The position numbers and the translations under genes were made by a program. The notes below the pieces were generated by a model. The model saw nothing but the letters and a program-made list of their open reading frames with translations, did not search any database and was not told the DNA's origin. Below are positions 51,078 through 60,616 of a stretch of DNA of 64,000 nucleotides, in pieces (the first letter of the stretch is position 1; each line of letters opens with the position of its first letter). This stretch comes from Verrucomicrobiia bacterium (GTDB lineage Bacteria > Verrucomicrobiota > Verrucomicrobiia > Chthoniobacterales > UBA6821): positions 11,434 through 75,433 of the forward strand of contig JBEIJN010000006.1 of assembly GCA_040380225.1 (NCBI GenBank). Direction: 5' to 3'.

Positions 51078-51979
51078 TAAACAACCGGGATCAAGGCCTT
51101 GGCCCTGGGGGTCAGTAGACTCAGGAACTCCAGGAGGGATGGCTTCTCGGGAATCGGCCTGCGGGTGACCGCACCCATGGGCCGCCAGATCCTCTCCGCA
51201 TCGATCGGCCTCGAGACAAGGCGCCCTTGTTTGATTTCCTGACGCACGGAGGTCTCGGGAATGATGGAGACGGCCTGTTCGGCCTCCACGGCTGCCTTCA
51301 CGGTCTCGATATTCTCGAGTTCGGCGACCAGCGTGACCTTCACGCCCGCCTGACGCAGTACTTTGTCGAGATGTTGGCGGGTCGGAATATCGGGTGTGAG
51401 GCCGACGAAGCGCTCTCCGTCGAGTTGATGTAGGGAGACGGGGCGCCTGCCGCCAAGGGGATGCTTCGGGGGCATCACGAGCACGAGTTTCTCCTGCCAG
51501 CAGGTGATGGCACGCAGGCCGGGTCGCGCCTTCGGATAGGCGACCAGTCCGAGATCCGCCCTGCCATCGCCGACGGCGTCGTAGATCTCCTCGGCCTTGC
51601 GGTAGTCGACGGTGACCTCGACTCCTGGATGATTTTTGCGGAACAGCTTGAGGAGCGGAGGGAGATTGTGGAGCGCGATGCTGATGACGCTGGCCACGCG
51701 GAGCTTGCCCCCGAGTTTGCCGCGCGCGACACGGAAGCGCGAGCCGAGGCTGTCGTAGCGGGCCAGGATGTCGCGGCAGACCTCCAGGTAGATACGACCC
51801 TCGGGCGTGAGGGTGAAGTGGTTGTTGCTCCGGTCGACGAGCGGGACGCCGAAGCGCTTCTCCACCGCGCGGATCTGCTGGCTCACCGCGCTCTGGGTGA
51901 TGCCGCTCGCCTCGGCGGCGCGGGAAAAGTTCCCCGTGTCACAGAGATCGCAGAAGACCTTGAAGCCCTCGATATGCAT
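51077..51979 (-). CDS. LysR family transcriptional regulator
   Basis: NFSRAAE..ITQSAVSQQIR HTH; LysR substrate domain; likely start MHIEG. Confidence 0.93.
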   Translation of the reverse strand: MHIEGFKVFCDLCDTGNFSRAAEASGITQSAVSQQIRAVEKRFGVPLVDRSNNHFTLTPEGRIYLEVCRDILARYDSLGSRFRVARGKLGGKLRVASVISIALHNLPPLLKLFRKNHPGVEVTVDYRKAEEIYDAVGDGRADLGLVAYPKARPGLRAITCWQEKLVLVMPPKHPLGGRRPVSLHQLDGERFVGLTPDIPTRQHLDKVLRQAGVKVTLVAELENIETVKAAVEAEQAVSIIPETSVRQEIKQGRLVSRPIDAERIWRPMGAVTRRPIPEKPSLLEFLSLLTPRAKALIPVV

Positions 51980-52065
51980 GGGGCAGAGTCTGCCTTGGTT
52001 TCTCGGAAAACCCCAAGACCAAATCACGTCCCCTCGCGTCACCACTTCTTCATCCACCCTTCCTC

Positions 52066-52746
52066 ATGCCCACTCCCGCCGAAAATCTCGACATCGTCCG
52101 CTCCCGCATCGCCTCGGCGGCCACACGGGCCGGCCGCAATCCCGCGGAGGTGGAGCTGGTCGCCATCTCCAAGACCTATCCCGCCAAACTTGTTCGCGAG
52201 GCGGCGGAGGCGGGCCAGGAACTCTTCGGCGAGAGCCGCGTGCAGGAGGCGCTGGTGAAGATTCCGGAGCTGCCGGGCCGCCTGCGCTGGCATTTCATCG
52301 GTCACCTCCAGGCGAACAAAGTGCGCAAGGCACTGCCTCTCTTCGAGCTGATCCACGGGGTCGACACGATGGAGATCGCCCGGGACATCGACCGGATTGC
52401 CGCCGAACTGGGACTCCATCCGCGCGTTCTGATCGAGGTGAATGTCTCGGGCGAGGGGAGCAAGCACGGCTTCGCGCCGGAGGCTCTGGAGCGCGGACTG
52501 GAGGAACTGCTCGCTCTGCCGCGCCTGCAGGTGGAGGGATTCATGACCATGGCACCGCTTGCCCCGGAGGCGGAGGCCTCGAGACCTTGTTTTGCGGCGC
52601 TCAGAACGCTGCGCGACCGCCTTGCTGTGCAGGCGGGCATTCCGTTCCCCACGCTCTCGATGGGGATGAGCGGCGACTACGAGGTGGCGGTGGAGGAGGG
52701 GGCCACCCTAGTTAGGGTCGGTTCCGCCATCTTTGGAGGGCGTTAA
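52066..52746 (+). CDS. yggS: PLP homeostasis protein YggS
   Basis: VAISK, FGESRVQE, WHFIGHLQ.NK, LSMGMSGD, VRVGSAIFG. Confidence 0.95.
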   Translation: MPTPAENLDIVRSRIASAATRAGRNPAEVELVAISKTYPAKLVREAAEAGQELFGESRVQEALVKIPELPGRLRWHFIGHLQANKVRKALPLFELIHGVDTMEIARDIDRIAAELGLHPRVLIEVNVSGEGSKHGFAPEALERGLEELLALPRLQVEGFMTMAPLAPEAEASRPCFAALRTLRDRLAVQAGIPFPTLSMGMSGDYEVAVEEGATLVRVGSAIFGGR

Positions 52747-52910
52747 ACCCGACCTCCGAAGTTGAGCAGAGCGATCTGACGCAATCTACTGACCGCAAAG
52801 AAGTCTTGCCGATTCTCGCCTGTATCAATCGATACGCCCTCGAAATCTCCGCAACTCCTATCGGCCACCATCTTACGCCAACTCATCTCTTTCCTCTTCG
52901 GAGTTCGGGT
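52747..52910. mobile_element. MITE with ACCCG termini and TAA flanks, copy 3 (different interior)
   Basis: TAA-ACCCGACCTCCGAAG ... CTTCGGAGTTCGGGT-TAA, 14/15 TIR match. Confidence 0.75.
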
Positions 52911-52977
52911 TAAAAAAATCCGCCTAATGGAAGATTTTTGAAGTCAAAATTGCTGAACTACGCTACGGGTAGTGGTC

Positions 52978-53595
52978 ATGTCAGACTTTCACGAGGAAAA
53001 CGACGAACTGCTTGATCTCGAGCAGACACCATCAGCGGAAGAACTTCAAAGTCAGGTCAAGCGGGCTCAGTCCGAGCTCCTGCAACTGCGCCAGCGCCAG
53101 GACCAGATCGAGAAGGAAAAGCAGCGTCTCGAGGAGTTGACGCGCCGCCAGGAGGATCTCGAGCGGGGCCGCAACGAGATCGCCGACAAGCTCTCCCGCG
53201 CCATCATCCTCGTCCAGCGCGAGACCGAGGAGGCCCAGCGCCGCCTCGAACAGCTCAACACGATCCAGGATTCCTTCGCCGAGCATCTCCGCAATCTCGA
53301 GGAGATCGATCCCAAGGGCTGGAACGGCCGCGACCTTCCCCGCGAACTCACGCGCGCGCTCGGCACCGTGGACGAGGCCCGCTCAGCATACGCCCGCTCC
53401 CACGCCAAGATCGCCCCCGTGGCAGATCCGGAGTCGGGACTACCGATCGAAAGCGGCGCGATGTTCACCGATGGCCTCGATCAGGGATTCGCCTACTGGC
53501 TCCGCAGCGGTCTCGCCTTCACGCTTCCGCTTGTTGTCTTGGGTGCGATCGCGCTCCTTGTCTGGATCTGGCACCTGATGACCGCTCCGCGGTAA
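52978..53595 (+). CDS. Hypothetical coiled-coil protein with a C-terminal TM helix
   Basis: Long Q/E/R heptad stretch, then a C-terminal hydrophobic helix. Confidence 0.75.
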   Translation: MSDFHEENDELLDLEQTPSAEELQSQVKRAQSELLQLRQRQDQIEKEKQRLEELTRRQEDLERGRNEIADKLSRAIILVQRETEEAQRRLEQLNTIQDSFAEHLRNLEEIDPKGWNGRDLPRELTRALGTVDEARSAYARSHAKIAPVADPESGLPIESGAMFTDGLDQGFAYWLRSGLAFTLPLVVLGAIALLVWIWHLMTAPR

Positions 53596-53610
53596 TCCCC
53601 CATTCGCGTC

Positions 53611-54045
53611 ATGGCGTTTTTTTCCTCCCCGGGCAGGCGCGGCCAGAAAACGCCCCCCAGGTCAGCTTCCAAGCCGCCCGCCCGACCGGCGGGGAAATCA
53701 ATCGACGAGGATCGTGTCCGATTGGAACGCGAGATGGAGGATCTCGCCCGGCAGGCGCAAGAAGCCGAGCGGATGGCCGCCAAGAAGATGCGTGATCTCG
53801 AGGAGCTCCCCAGGAAAATTGCCGAGATCCAGCGGAAGCAGCGGGAGATGATCCACATGCGTGCCGTCCTGACCGCCACCGACGATGTGTTCGGACGGCC
53901 CCGTGACAAGCGCCACGCACCGCTCCGACGTTCCGGACCCAAGCGGATGACACGCCCGGAGCAGCGCGCCGCAAGGATGCAGTTTCTCATGCTCTGCGTC
54001 GTCCTCGGGGTGATCCTGGTTCTCCTCTGGAGGTCTATTCGGTAG
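53611..54045 (+). CDS. Hypothetical coiled-coil protein with a C-terminal TM helix
   Basis: Basic disordered N-terminus, coiled coil, FLMLCVVLGVILVLLW tail. Confidence 0.7.
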   Translation: MAFFSSPGRRGQKTPPRSASKPPARPAGKSIDEDRVRLEREMEDLARQAQEAERMAAKKMRDLEELPRKIAEIQRKQREMIHMRAVLTATDDVFGRPRDKRHAPLRRSGPKRMTRPEQRAARMQFLMLCVVLGVILVLLWRSIR

Positions 54046-54122
54046 TAAACCGCAGCGGTTCCATAGAATTCTCCGGCAACCGCTTTCTTGCGATTTTTCC
54101 CGCCGCTCCCTAGTTTTTGCGG

Positions 54123-55238
54123 ATGACCAAGAGCTCGACCGCGTCCCGCGACCCAAAAGGGGCGAAGGAAAGAGGAGCGAAGGAGGGGAAAATGAAAGCC
54201 ACCCCCGCCGCGCCCAAGGGAAAGAGCGCTGCCGGGATTCCGGGTGCCCCCGTTTCCAAGGAGTTGGCCCGCCGCGCCTACCGCTCGATGCTCGAGGCAC
54301 GACTGCTCGAGGAGAAACTCGCCGCGCTCTACCGCTCAGGCAAAATCGTCGGCGGCGTTTTCCTGGGACGCGGCCAGGAGGCTCTTAGTGTGGCTCTCGG
54401 TGTCCATCTGCGCCGCGGTGATGTCTACGCCCCGCTGATCCGCGACCAGGCAGGACGCCTTGCCTTCGGCGACACCATCCTCGACACCCTCCGCACCTAT
54501 CTCGGATCCTCGCTCGGTTCGATGCGCGGGCGCGACGGCAACATCCACCGGGGGCGGCCCTCCGAGGGATACCACGCGATGATCAGCCATCTCGGGGCGA
54601 TGGTCTCCACCGTCTGCGGCGGACTCATGGCGAAACGTTTCCGAGGTGAGACGGGGGCCGTCGGTGCCACCTGCATCGGCGAGGGAGGGACCTCTACGGG
54701 CAGCTTTCACGAAGGGATGAACATGGCAGCCGTCGAGAAGTTGCCGCTTGTCGTGGTTGTCGCCAATAACCAGTTCTCCTACTCGACGCCGAACGACCGC
54801 CAGTTTGCCTGCGGTGACCTGATGGCCCGGGCCGAGGGCTATGGGGTGACCGGGCGACGCGCCGTCGGTAACGATCTGGTCGACTGCCTTGCCGTACTCG
54901 GTGAGGCCGTGGTAGCCGCCCGTGCGGGCGAGGGGCCCCAGTTGGTGGTCGCTGATCTTCTGCGGCTCGTCGGTCACGGGGAGCATGACGACGCCTCCTA
55001 CATTCCCTCGGAGCTAAAAGATTCCCCTCTCGGGCGCGATTGCCTGGAGATCGCCCGCGAGTCGCTGCTGGAACGCGAATGGCTCCCCGCCAAGGAAGCC
55101 GCCGACTGGCATGCCGCCGTGGAGAAGGAGGTCGAGGAGACCGCCTCCAAGGTTCTTCGCGAGCCTGCGCCCGATCCCTCCGAGGAGGATTGGAATGCTT
55201 TCTCAGCTCTTGGAAGGAACGGGGAGGAGGCGCGATGA
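54123..55238 (+). CDS. 2-oxoacid dehydrogenase E1 alpha subunit
   Basis: GQEA, GEGGTSTGSFHEGMN...NN TPP motif, R..GH..HD. Confidence 0.9.
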   Translation: MTKSSTASRDPKGAKERGAKEGKMKATPAAPKGKSAAGIPGAPVSKELARRAYRSMLEARLLEEKLAALYRSGKIVGGVFLGRGQEALSVALGVHLRRGDVYAPLIRDQAGRLAFGDTILDTLRTYLGSSLGSMRGRDGNIHRGRPSEGYHAMISHLGAMVSTVCGGLMAKRFRGETGAVGATCIGEGGTSTGSFHEGMNMAAVEKLPLVVVVANNQFSYSTPNDRQFACGDLMARAEGYGVTGRRAVGNDLVDCLAVLGEAVVAARAGEGPQLVVADLLRLVGHGEHDDASYIPSELKDSPLGRDCLEIARESLLEREWLPAKEAADWHAAVEKEVEETASKVLREPAPDPSEEDWNAFSALGRNGEEAR

Positions 55239-56209
55239 GCAAGACCTCCATCACCTACCTTGAAGCGATCCGCCTCGCCCAGCAGAAGGCCCTTGCCGAG
55301 GACCCCCGGGTCTTCATCTACGGTCAGGACATCGGAGGTTTCGGGGGCGCTTTCAAGGCGACCAAGAACCTTGCCAAGGAATTTCCGGGACGCGTTCTCG
55401 ACGCGCCGATCAGCGAGGATGCCATGGTCGGGCTTGCCATCGGCGCGGCCGTCGAGGGAATGCGCCCGATCGTCGAGATGCAGTTCGCCGATTTCTCGAC
55501 CTGCGGCTTCAACCAGATTGTCAATCAGGCCGCGACACTCCACTACCGCACCGGCACACCCTGTCCGATCGTCGTCCGTCTTCCCAGCGGCGGCACCCCC
55601 GGAAGCGGTCCCTTCCACAGCCAGAGCATGGAGGCGATCTACGCCCACTATCCGGGCATCGTCGTGATGACGCCGGCGACCGTGGAGGATGCCTACACCA
55701 TGCTGCTCGAGGCTGTCGCCCTCGACGACCCTGTCATCTTCTGCGAGCACAAGTTCCTCTACTATCACCTCAAGGCGGAGAAACTCCCCGATGAGGCCCT
55801 CCCCTTCGGAAAGGCCCGGATCACGCGGCCCGGCAGGGATGCCACCGTCGTCGCCTACGGGGCCATGGTCCACGAGGCGGTCGCCGCCGCGGAGGAACTC
55901 TCCCACGACGGCTACGACATCGAGGTGGTCGATCTCCGCACGGTCAGGCCGATCGACACCGACACGATCCTTGCCTCCGTCGCCAGGACAGGAAGGCTTC
56001 TCGTGGTCGGGGAGTCATGGCCCTGGGGAGGTGTCGCCGCCGAGGTCATCTCGCGTGTCGCCACCGAGGGATTCGGGTTGCTCGACGCGCCCCCGCAGCG
56101 GCTCAATGCCAAGGAAACCCCGGTGCCCTATCATCCCGCTCTCTGGGGAACGCACAGGCCCACCGCCTCCTCCGTCGCCAACTCCCTCCGTCAACTCTTG
56201 GAACTTTAA
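55235..56209 (+). CDS. 2-oxoacid dehydrogenase E1 beta subunit
   Basis: DAPISE, EMQFADF, GPFHSQS.E, VVDLRTV.P.D. Confidence 0.93.
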   Translation: MSKTSITYLEAIRLAQQKALAEDPRVFIYGQDIGGFGGAFKATKNLAKEFPGRVLDAPISEDAMVGLAIGAAVEGMRPIVEMQFADFSTCGFNQIVNQAATLHYRTGTPCPIVVRLPSGGTPGSGPFHSQSMEAIYAHYPGIVVMTPATVEDAYTMLLEAVALDDPVIFCEHKFLYYHLKAEKLPDEALPFGKARITRPGRDATVVAYGAMVHEAVAAAEELSHDGYDIEVVDLRTVRPIDTDTILASVARTGRLLVVGESWPWGGVAAEVISRVATEGFGLLDAPPQRLNAKETPVPYHPALWGTHRPTASSVANSLRQLLEL

Positions 56210-56239
56210 TCCCGCGATTTTCCAACACGCTCCCTCGCC

Positions 56240-57472
56240 ATGTTCCCTTCACCCGATTCCAAGAATCTCCTCCCGATCATCATGCCTCAACTCGGCGAGT
56301 CCATCGCCGAGGCGACCATCGTGCGCGCGGCTTTCGCCGTCGGAGACCGCGTGGAGGCCGACACCGACCTCCTCGAGGTGGAGACCAACAAGGCCGTGAT
56401 GGGCGTCACCGCTCCCTGCAGCGGCATTCTCCACGAACTCACGGCCGTGACCGGCGAGAGCTACGCGGTGGGAGCCACCCTCGGTTACCTGGAAATCAGC
56501 GACGAGGATGCCGAGCGACTCGGTCTCCACGACGCACCCCCTCCACCGGTCGAGAAGCCGAAGCGGGGCAAGGCCTCCGGCGCCTCCCCGGGTGATTCTT
56601 CCAAGCCCGCGAAGAAGGCGGTCGAGCCCACGGTCAGCGGCCTTCCCGTTCCCGCCCATGCGGGTGGCGCCAGCTTCCTCTCCCCGCGCATGAAGGCGCG
56701 GATGGCGGAACTCGGACTCCATGCCGCGGATCTCGCCGGAGTCGCCGGAAGCGGAGCCGGAGGGCGCGTTACGATCGACGATCTGGAACGCTTCCTGCAG
56801 GACTTGGAGCGCAACACGATTTCACCCGCCTCCTCGATGCGCGTCGCCGTCGCCGACGCGATGCGCCGCAGTTGGACCCGTCCCCTCGCCACCGTCGTGC
56901 TGCCGGTCCAACTCGACACGCTCCTTGCCCATCGCAAGCGTCAGACCATCAAGGCGGGTCCCGCGCTCTACGCCCTGCGTGCGCTTGCCATGGGGCTTTC
57001 CGAGATGCCAGCCACCGCGGGACGGCTCATCGGCGACCGCTTGATCCATCCCCGATCGATCGATATCGGCTTCGCCGTGGAGGCCGAGGATGGGGTTCTT
57101 GTCCCGGTGATCCGTCATGCCGAACAATTTCCATTGACCGATCTTGTCGAGCGTTACAACCGGCTCGTGGAACTAGCCCGTGCGCGCCGCCTCCCCGGTT
57201 CGGACACGGGCGGCTCGATCGCCACGATCACGAATTACGGCGTCTTCGGCCTCACCATGGCCACCCCGATTCCGCTTCCCGAGCAGACACTCCTGCTTGG
57301 TATGGGAGCCGGCCGCATCACCCCCTCGTGGGATCCCGAGAAGAAGGCCTTTGTCCCGGTCACCGAGGCGCAGTTCACACTCAGCTTCGACCACCGGGTT
57401 CTCGACGGCGGTGCCGCAGGGCGACTCCTCCAGCGGGTCGCGGGACTGCTTGGCACACCCGAGGAATTGTAG
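56240..57472 (+). CDS. Dihydrolipoamide acyltransferase E2
   Basis: MPQLGES..E lipoyl domain (ETNKA), GSGAGGRVT E3-binding domain, DHRVLDG. Confidence 0.9.
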   Translation: MFPSPDSKNLLPIIMPQLGESIAEATIVRAAFAVGDRVEADTDLLEVETNKAVMGVTAPCSGILHELTAVTGESYAVGATLGYLEISDEDAERLGLHDAPPPPVEKPKRGKASGASPGDSSKPAKKAVEPTVSGLPVPAHAGGASFLSPRMKARMAELGLHAADLAGVAGSGAGGRVTIDDLERFLQDLERNTISPASSMRVAVADAMRRSWTRPLATVVLPVQLDTLLAHRKRQTIKAGPALYALRALAMGLSEMPATAGRLIGDRLIHPRSIDIGFAVEAEDGVLVPVIRHAEQFPLTDLVERYNRLVELARARRLPGSDTGGSIATITNYGVFGLTMATPIPLPEQTLLLGMGAGRITPSWDPEKKAFVPVTEAQFTLSFDHRVLDGGAAGRLLQRVAGLLGTPEEL

Positions 57473-57480
57473 GGCAAGAA

Positions 57481-57505
57481 GTTGGAAGGATATCTCCCTT
57501 CCAAC
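57481..57505 (+). terminator. Hairpin after the E2 gene, possible terminator
   Basis: GTTGGAAGG-ATATCTC-CCTTCCAAC 9 bp stem; weak T tract. Confidence 0.4.
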
Positions 57506-57513
57506 GTTGTAAC

Positions 57514-57736
57514 TTTTGGCTCTTCGCTATTCGGAGTGGGGAAATATTCCGGAAAAGACACGGAATAGGGTTCACGCTAAGGACGCAACGAACGCAACGA
57601 GGAGTTCCCCATCGCCCTGTTTATATCGGCAGGGGTGTTTCAAGAAATTCCAATAAAACCACCGTTCTCGCAACCTTGGTTTCATCTGGCACCACTCTTT
57701 ATACCTGACTTTGCGACCTTTGCGGCCGTTGCGTGA
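57514..57736 (+). repeat. 9-mer-arm element with conserved leader
   Basis: CACGCTAAGGACGCAACGAACGCAACGA ... CTTTGCGACCTTTGCGGCCGTTGCGTGA; first ~90 bp homologous to 59923-60014. Confidence 0.75.
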
Positions 57737-57925
57737 TAACTTCCCCCCGTTGGATCTACCTTCATGATCTTCAAGGTTCTTTCCTGATTAGTCTCCTGTG
57801 TCTCAGACTACCCACTCAAAACAGCGAGGAGCCTAACTTTTCCACTTTTTAACGCTTACGGCTTCACGCCTGGGCAGCGAAAATTTTTTTGCAACTTTTG
57901 AATCGGGGCGGTGTTTCCCTGAGTG

Positions 57926-58297
57926 ATGAAAACACCGCAGATCACCACCCTCCTGATGATTCCCCTCTTTGGCGTGATGCCGCTCATGGCCCAGAGCGGT
58001 GCGCCCAACCCAACCCCGGCCTGCAGTCCTGCCGACGGTCACGGACGCCATGCCAAAAAGGATTTGGCAAATCTCACCGATGCTGAACGCCAGCAACTCA
58101 AGGCGGCCATGAAACAGATCAAGAATGATCCCCAGTTGGTTGCTTCCCGGGAAGCCGTGAAGGAGGCTCAGACCAAGGAGGCCCGCGTTCTGGCAATGCA
58201 GGAAAATCGGAAAATCCGCCACGATCTTCTCCTGAAGGCCGATCCCTCGCTTGCCTCCATCTTGCCCAAGATTCATCCAGGGAAATCGGCCGAATAA
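57926..58297 (+). CDS. Secreted helical protein, one LTxxE...DP module (Spy/CpxP-like)
   Basis: Signal peptide; ANLTDAERQQLKAA...DPQL...ADPSLASILPKI. Confidence 0.75.
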   Translation: MKTPQITTLLMIPLFGVMPLMAQSGAPNPTPACSPADGHGRHAKKDLANLTDAERQQLKAAMKQIKNDPQLVASREAVKEAQTKEARVLAMQENRKIRHDLLLKADPSLASILPKIHPGKSAE

Positions 58298-58327
58298 TCA
58301 TCACGAACAAATCTGCAACCATTCCCT

Positions 58328-59113
58328 ATGAACACTTCACTGAAACACCGCTTCCTCCCGACGCTCGTTGCCGCATTGATGTCGCTGCCCCTGAGCGCGC
58401 AGGCGCAAACCGATTCCTCCATGATGATGGAGGCAGGAACTCCTGCTCCCACTCCTTCCCCCTCTTCATCATCCTCCTCTTCTTCCCAACCGTTAGCGGA
58501 AGGACAATCCGGCAAGGGGCCTGGACAGCATGGCCCGATGGCCCAACTCAGTGAATCCGAGCGTGCCCAACTCAAGGCGGCCCATGATGCCGCAATCCAG
58601 AAGGATCCCTCCTTGGAACAAGGGATGGAGGCTGCCCGTCAAGCCATGGAGAAGGCCCGCAAGGCGATGAATGATGCCATGATCGCCGTCGATCCCTCGG
58701 TCGAGCCGATCTTGGCCAAGATCGCCCCACCGAAGAGGGGTGGAGGCCCCGGCCCCGGTCATCCCCCGGGTAATCAGGCGGGGCAGGGCACGGCAACCAA
58801 TGCCGTGCGCCCTTGGAAACATGACGGTCCCGGACCAAAAGGAATGGCAAACCTCACCGAGAGTGAACGCCAGCAACTCAAGGCACTTCACGAGCAGGTG
58901 AAGAATGACCCCTCGGTCATCGCCGCCCGTGAGGCGAGGAAAGCGGCCACCACGCCCGAAGCCCGCAAGGAGGCAGAACATGCGATGCATCAGGCCGTTC
59001 GTAACGCCGTGATCGCCGTCGATCCCTCAGTCGCTCCTATTCTGGAAAAATTGAAACCGGCCGGTGCCGGGGCTCCGCCTTCCGCGGGGCAAATGACCCA
59101 GCCGAACCCTTGA
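58328..59113 (+). CDS. Secreted helical protein, two modules
   Basis: Signal peptide AQA; LSESERAQLKAA...DPSVEPILAKI and LTESERQQLKAL...DPSVAPILEKL. Confidence 0.8.
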   Translation: MNTSLKHRFLPTLVAALMSLPLSAQAQTDSSMMMEAGTPAPTPSPSSSSSSSSQPLAEGQSGKGPGQHGPMAQLSESERAQLKAAHDAAIQKDPSLEQGMEAARQAMEKARKAMNDAMIAVDPSVEPILAKIAPPKRGGGPGPGHPPGNQAGQGTATNAVRPWKHDGPGPKGMANLTESERQQLKALHEQVKNDPSVIAAREARKAATTPEARKEAEHAMHQAVRNAVIAVDPSVAPILEKLKPAGAGAPPSAGQMTQPNP

Positions 59114-59179
59114 CAAATATATACTCGGTGCAATCCTACGACTGTAGTCCGTTGGTTCAATCACACCCCTAACCCACCC

Positions 59180-59803
59180 ATGAAAAAACAAACACTACTC
59201 CCGTTGCTGGCAGCCCTCATCGCCCTCCCCCTCCACGCGCAGGCCGTGAAGGAATCGGATCTCACTCCCGAAGAGAAGACCTTGTTGAATGCCGTCAGGA
59301 CAAAGGCCGGCGCAGATGCCTCCGTCAAGCAGGCCACCGAGGTCGTGAGAACGACCAAGATCGAGGTGATCTCCAAGGCCGACCCCACGCTTCAGCCGTT
59401 CGCAAACAAGATCTATCCTCCGGTGGCTTTAAGTGTTAGCGCCCTGCCTGCCGGCGAGATGGCAAAGTGGAATGCCGCTAATGGCAAACTCGGCAGTGAC
59501 CCTGCGATCTGGAAGGCCGCAGAGGCCCTGACCGCGATGAGGATCGAGGCCATTGTCAAGATTGACCCCAGCTTGGAGCCACTGGCCAAAAAGATTTACA
59601 TCGCCCCGGCCATGCCGCTCGCTACCCTTACTCCCGACGAGAAGACCAAGTGGGATGCAGCCGTGAAAGCTTCCGGTAGCGATCCCGCGCTGAAACAGGC
59701 CAATGAGACCCTTAAAACGACCAGAAACGAGGTGATGCTCAAGATCGATCCGAACGTCAAACCGATCCTGGACAAGCTCTATCCTCCGGCTCCCGCTCAG
59801 TAA
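59180..59803 (+). CDS. Secreted helical protein, three modules
   Basis: Signal peptide AQA; three ~57 aa repeats ending DPTLQPFANKI / DPSLEPLAKKI / DPNVKPILDKL. Confidence 0.8.
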   Translation: MKKQTLLPLLAALIALPLHAQAVKESDLTPEEKTLLNAVRTKAGADASVKQATEVVRTTKIEVISKADPTLQPFANKIYPPVALSVSALPAGEMAKWNAANGKLGSDPAIWKAAEALTAMRIEAIVKIDPSLEPLAKKIYIAPAMPLATLTPDEKTKWDAAVKASGSDPALKQANETLKTTRNEVMLKIDPNVKPILDKLYPPAPAQ

Positions 59804-59825
59804 TATCGGCTCATTCGATTCATTC

Positions 59826-59866
59826 AAAGCGCCATGCTGGAAACAGCATGGCGCTTTTTGTTTTTT
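59826..59866 (+). terminator. Rho-independent terminator
   Basis: AAAGCGCCATGCTG-GAAA-CAGCATGGCGCTTT followed by a T-rich tract. Confidence 0.85.
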
Positions 59867-59922
59867 CAGAAGCTTCCTCCAGAAAACGCGCGAAGGATGG
59901 TAACCACGATGGTTCTTTGCTC

Positions 59923-60341
59923 TTTTGCTCTTCGCTATTTGGAGTGGTGAAATGTTTCGGAAAAGAAGCGGAATGAGTTTCACGCAAAGGTCGCAACGAT
60001 CGCAAAGGGGAGTTGCTCGACGCTGAGTTTTTATTCTTAGAGCGGTTTCGGTTTTATTGGACGCATTTACAAGGCAAGAAATCTCGCGCAGAGCCGCAGA
60101 GCCGCAGAGCTTTATGAATCATGACAATGCGTCTTTAGAAACATCTCCCTTGAAAGGAGTCTTCAGACCCCATTGTGAATCGGCCAAGTGATTCTCCGAT
60201 TTGATAGGAGTAACGCTGACAATCTTCTCCGGACCCAATCCTTTGTCTTTTCCTCCGCGCCTCTGCGCTTCCTTAACTAGATGATGCTCTAGGCGCTTCT
60301 CTTCGACCCTGCCTTAGCGCCCGTTGCGACCTTTGCGTGAA
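59923..60341 (+). repeat. 9-mer-arm element with a nested 8-mer-arm element
   Basis: Outer CACGCAAAGGTCGCAACGATCGCAAAGG ... CCTTAGCGCCCGTTGCGACCTTTGCGTGAA; inner CGCGCAGAGCCGCAGAGCCGCAGAG ... CTCCGCGCCTCTGCGC at 60085-60268. Confidence 0.75.
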
Positions 60342-60388
60342 CAGCATCTCTTAATCATTCCACTGCAGGCAGTGGGCAGCAGCCGTGA

Positions 60389-60616
60389 TCATCCCTGAGG
60401 CCTGATCACGTTCTTGCTGCCGCCAGTCTCCTTGGGAAGCGTGATGGTTTGGACCTTCTGCGTCGGGATCCCTTTGTGGAGCATCTTGGTGTAGGGTCCC
60501 CAGACGCACTGCGGGAAGTAGAGGTCGCGCCTGTTCTCAATCGTGGTGCATCCAGTTGTGAAGATGGGGATCAGCAGGATGGCGAGAAGATGGCGTGGGG
60601 AGAGCACCTGATTCAT
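60389..60616 (-). CDS. Small putative lipoprotein
   Basis: MNQVLSPRHLLAILLIPIFTTGC lipobox-like signal, 75 aa. Confidence 0.65.
   Translation of the reverse strand: MNQVLSPRHLLAILLIPIFTTGCTTIENRRDLYFPQCVWGPYTKMLHKGIPTQKVQTITLPKETGGSKNVIRPQG

Noticed and set aside
59110-59142. TTGACA promoter for the third helical gene
   Set aside because: The -35 is perfect, but there is no credible -10 at 16-18 bp spacing.
60121-60250. Possible decayed GxxExxY fragments between the 8-mer arms (LKGVFRPIVN on +, KGLGP on -)
   Set aside because: The matches are very short and on opposite strands, so they cannot be told from chance without a profile search.
60039-60292. TAGAGC...GCTCTA-ended MITE
   Set aside because: Only 6 bp of terminal complementarity, too little to call separately from the surrounding nested repeats.
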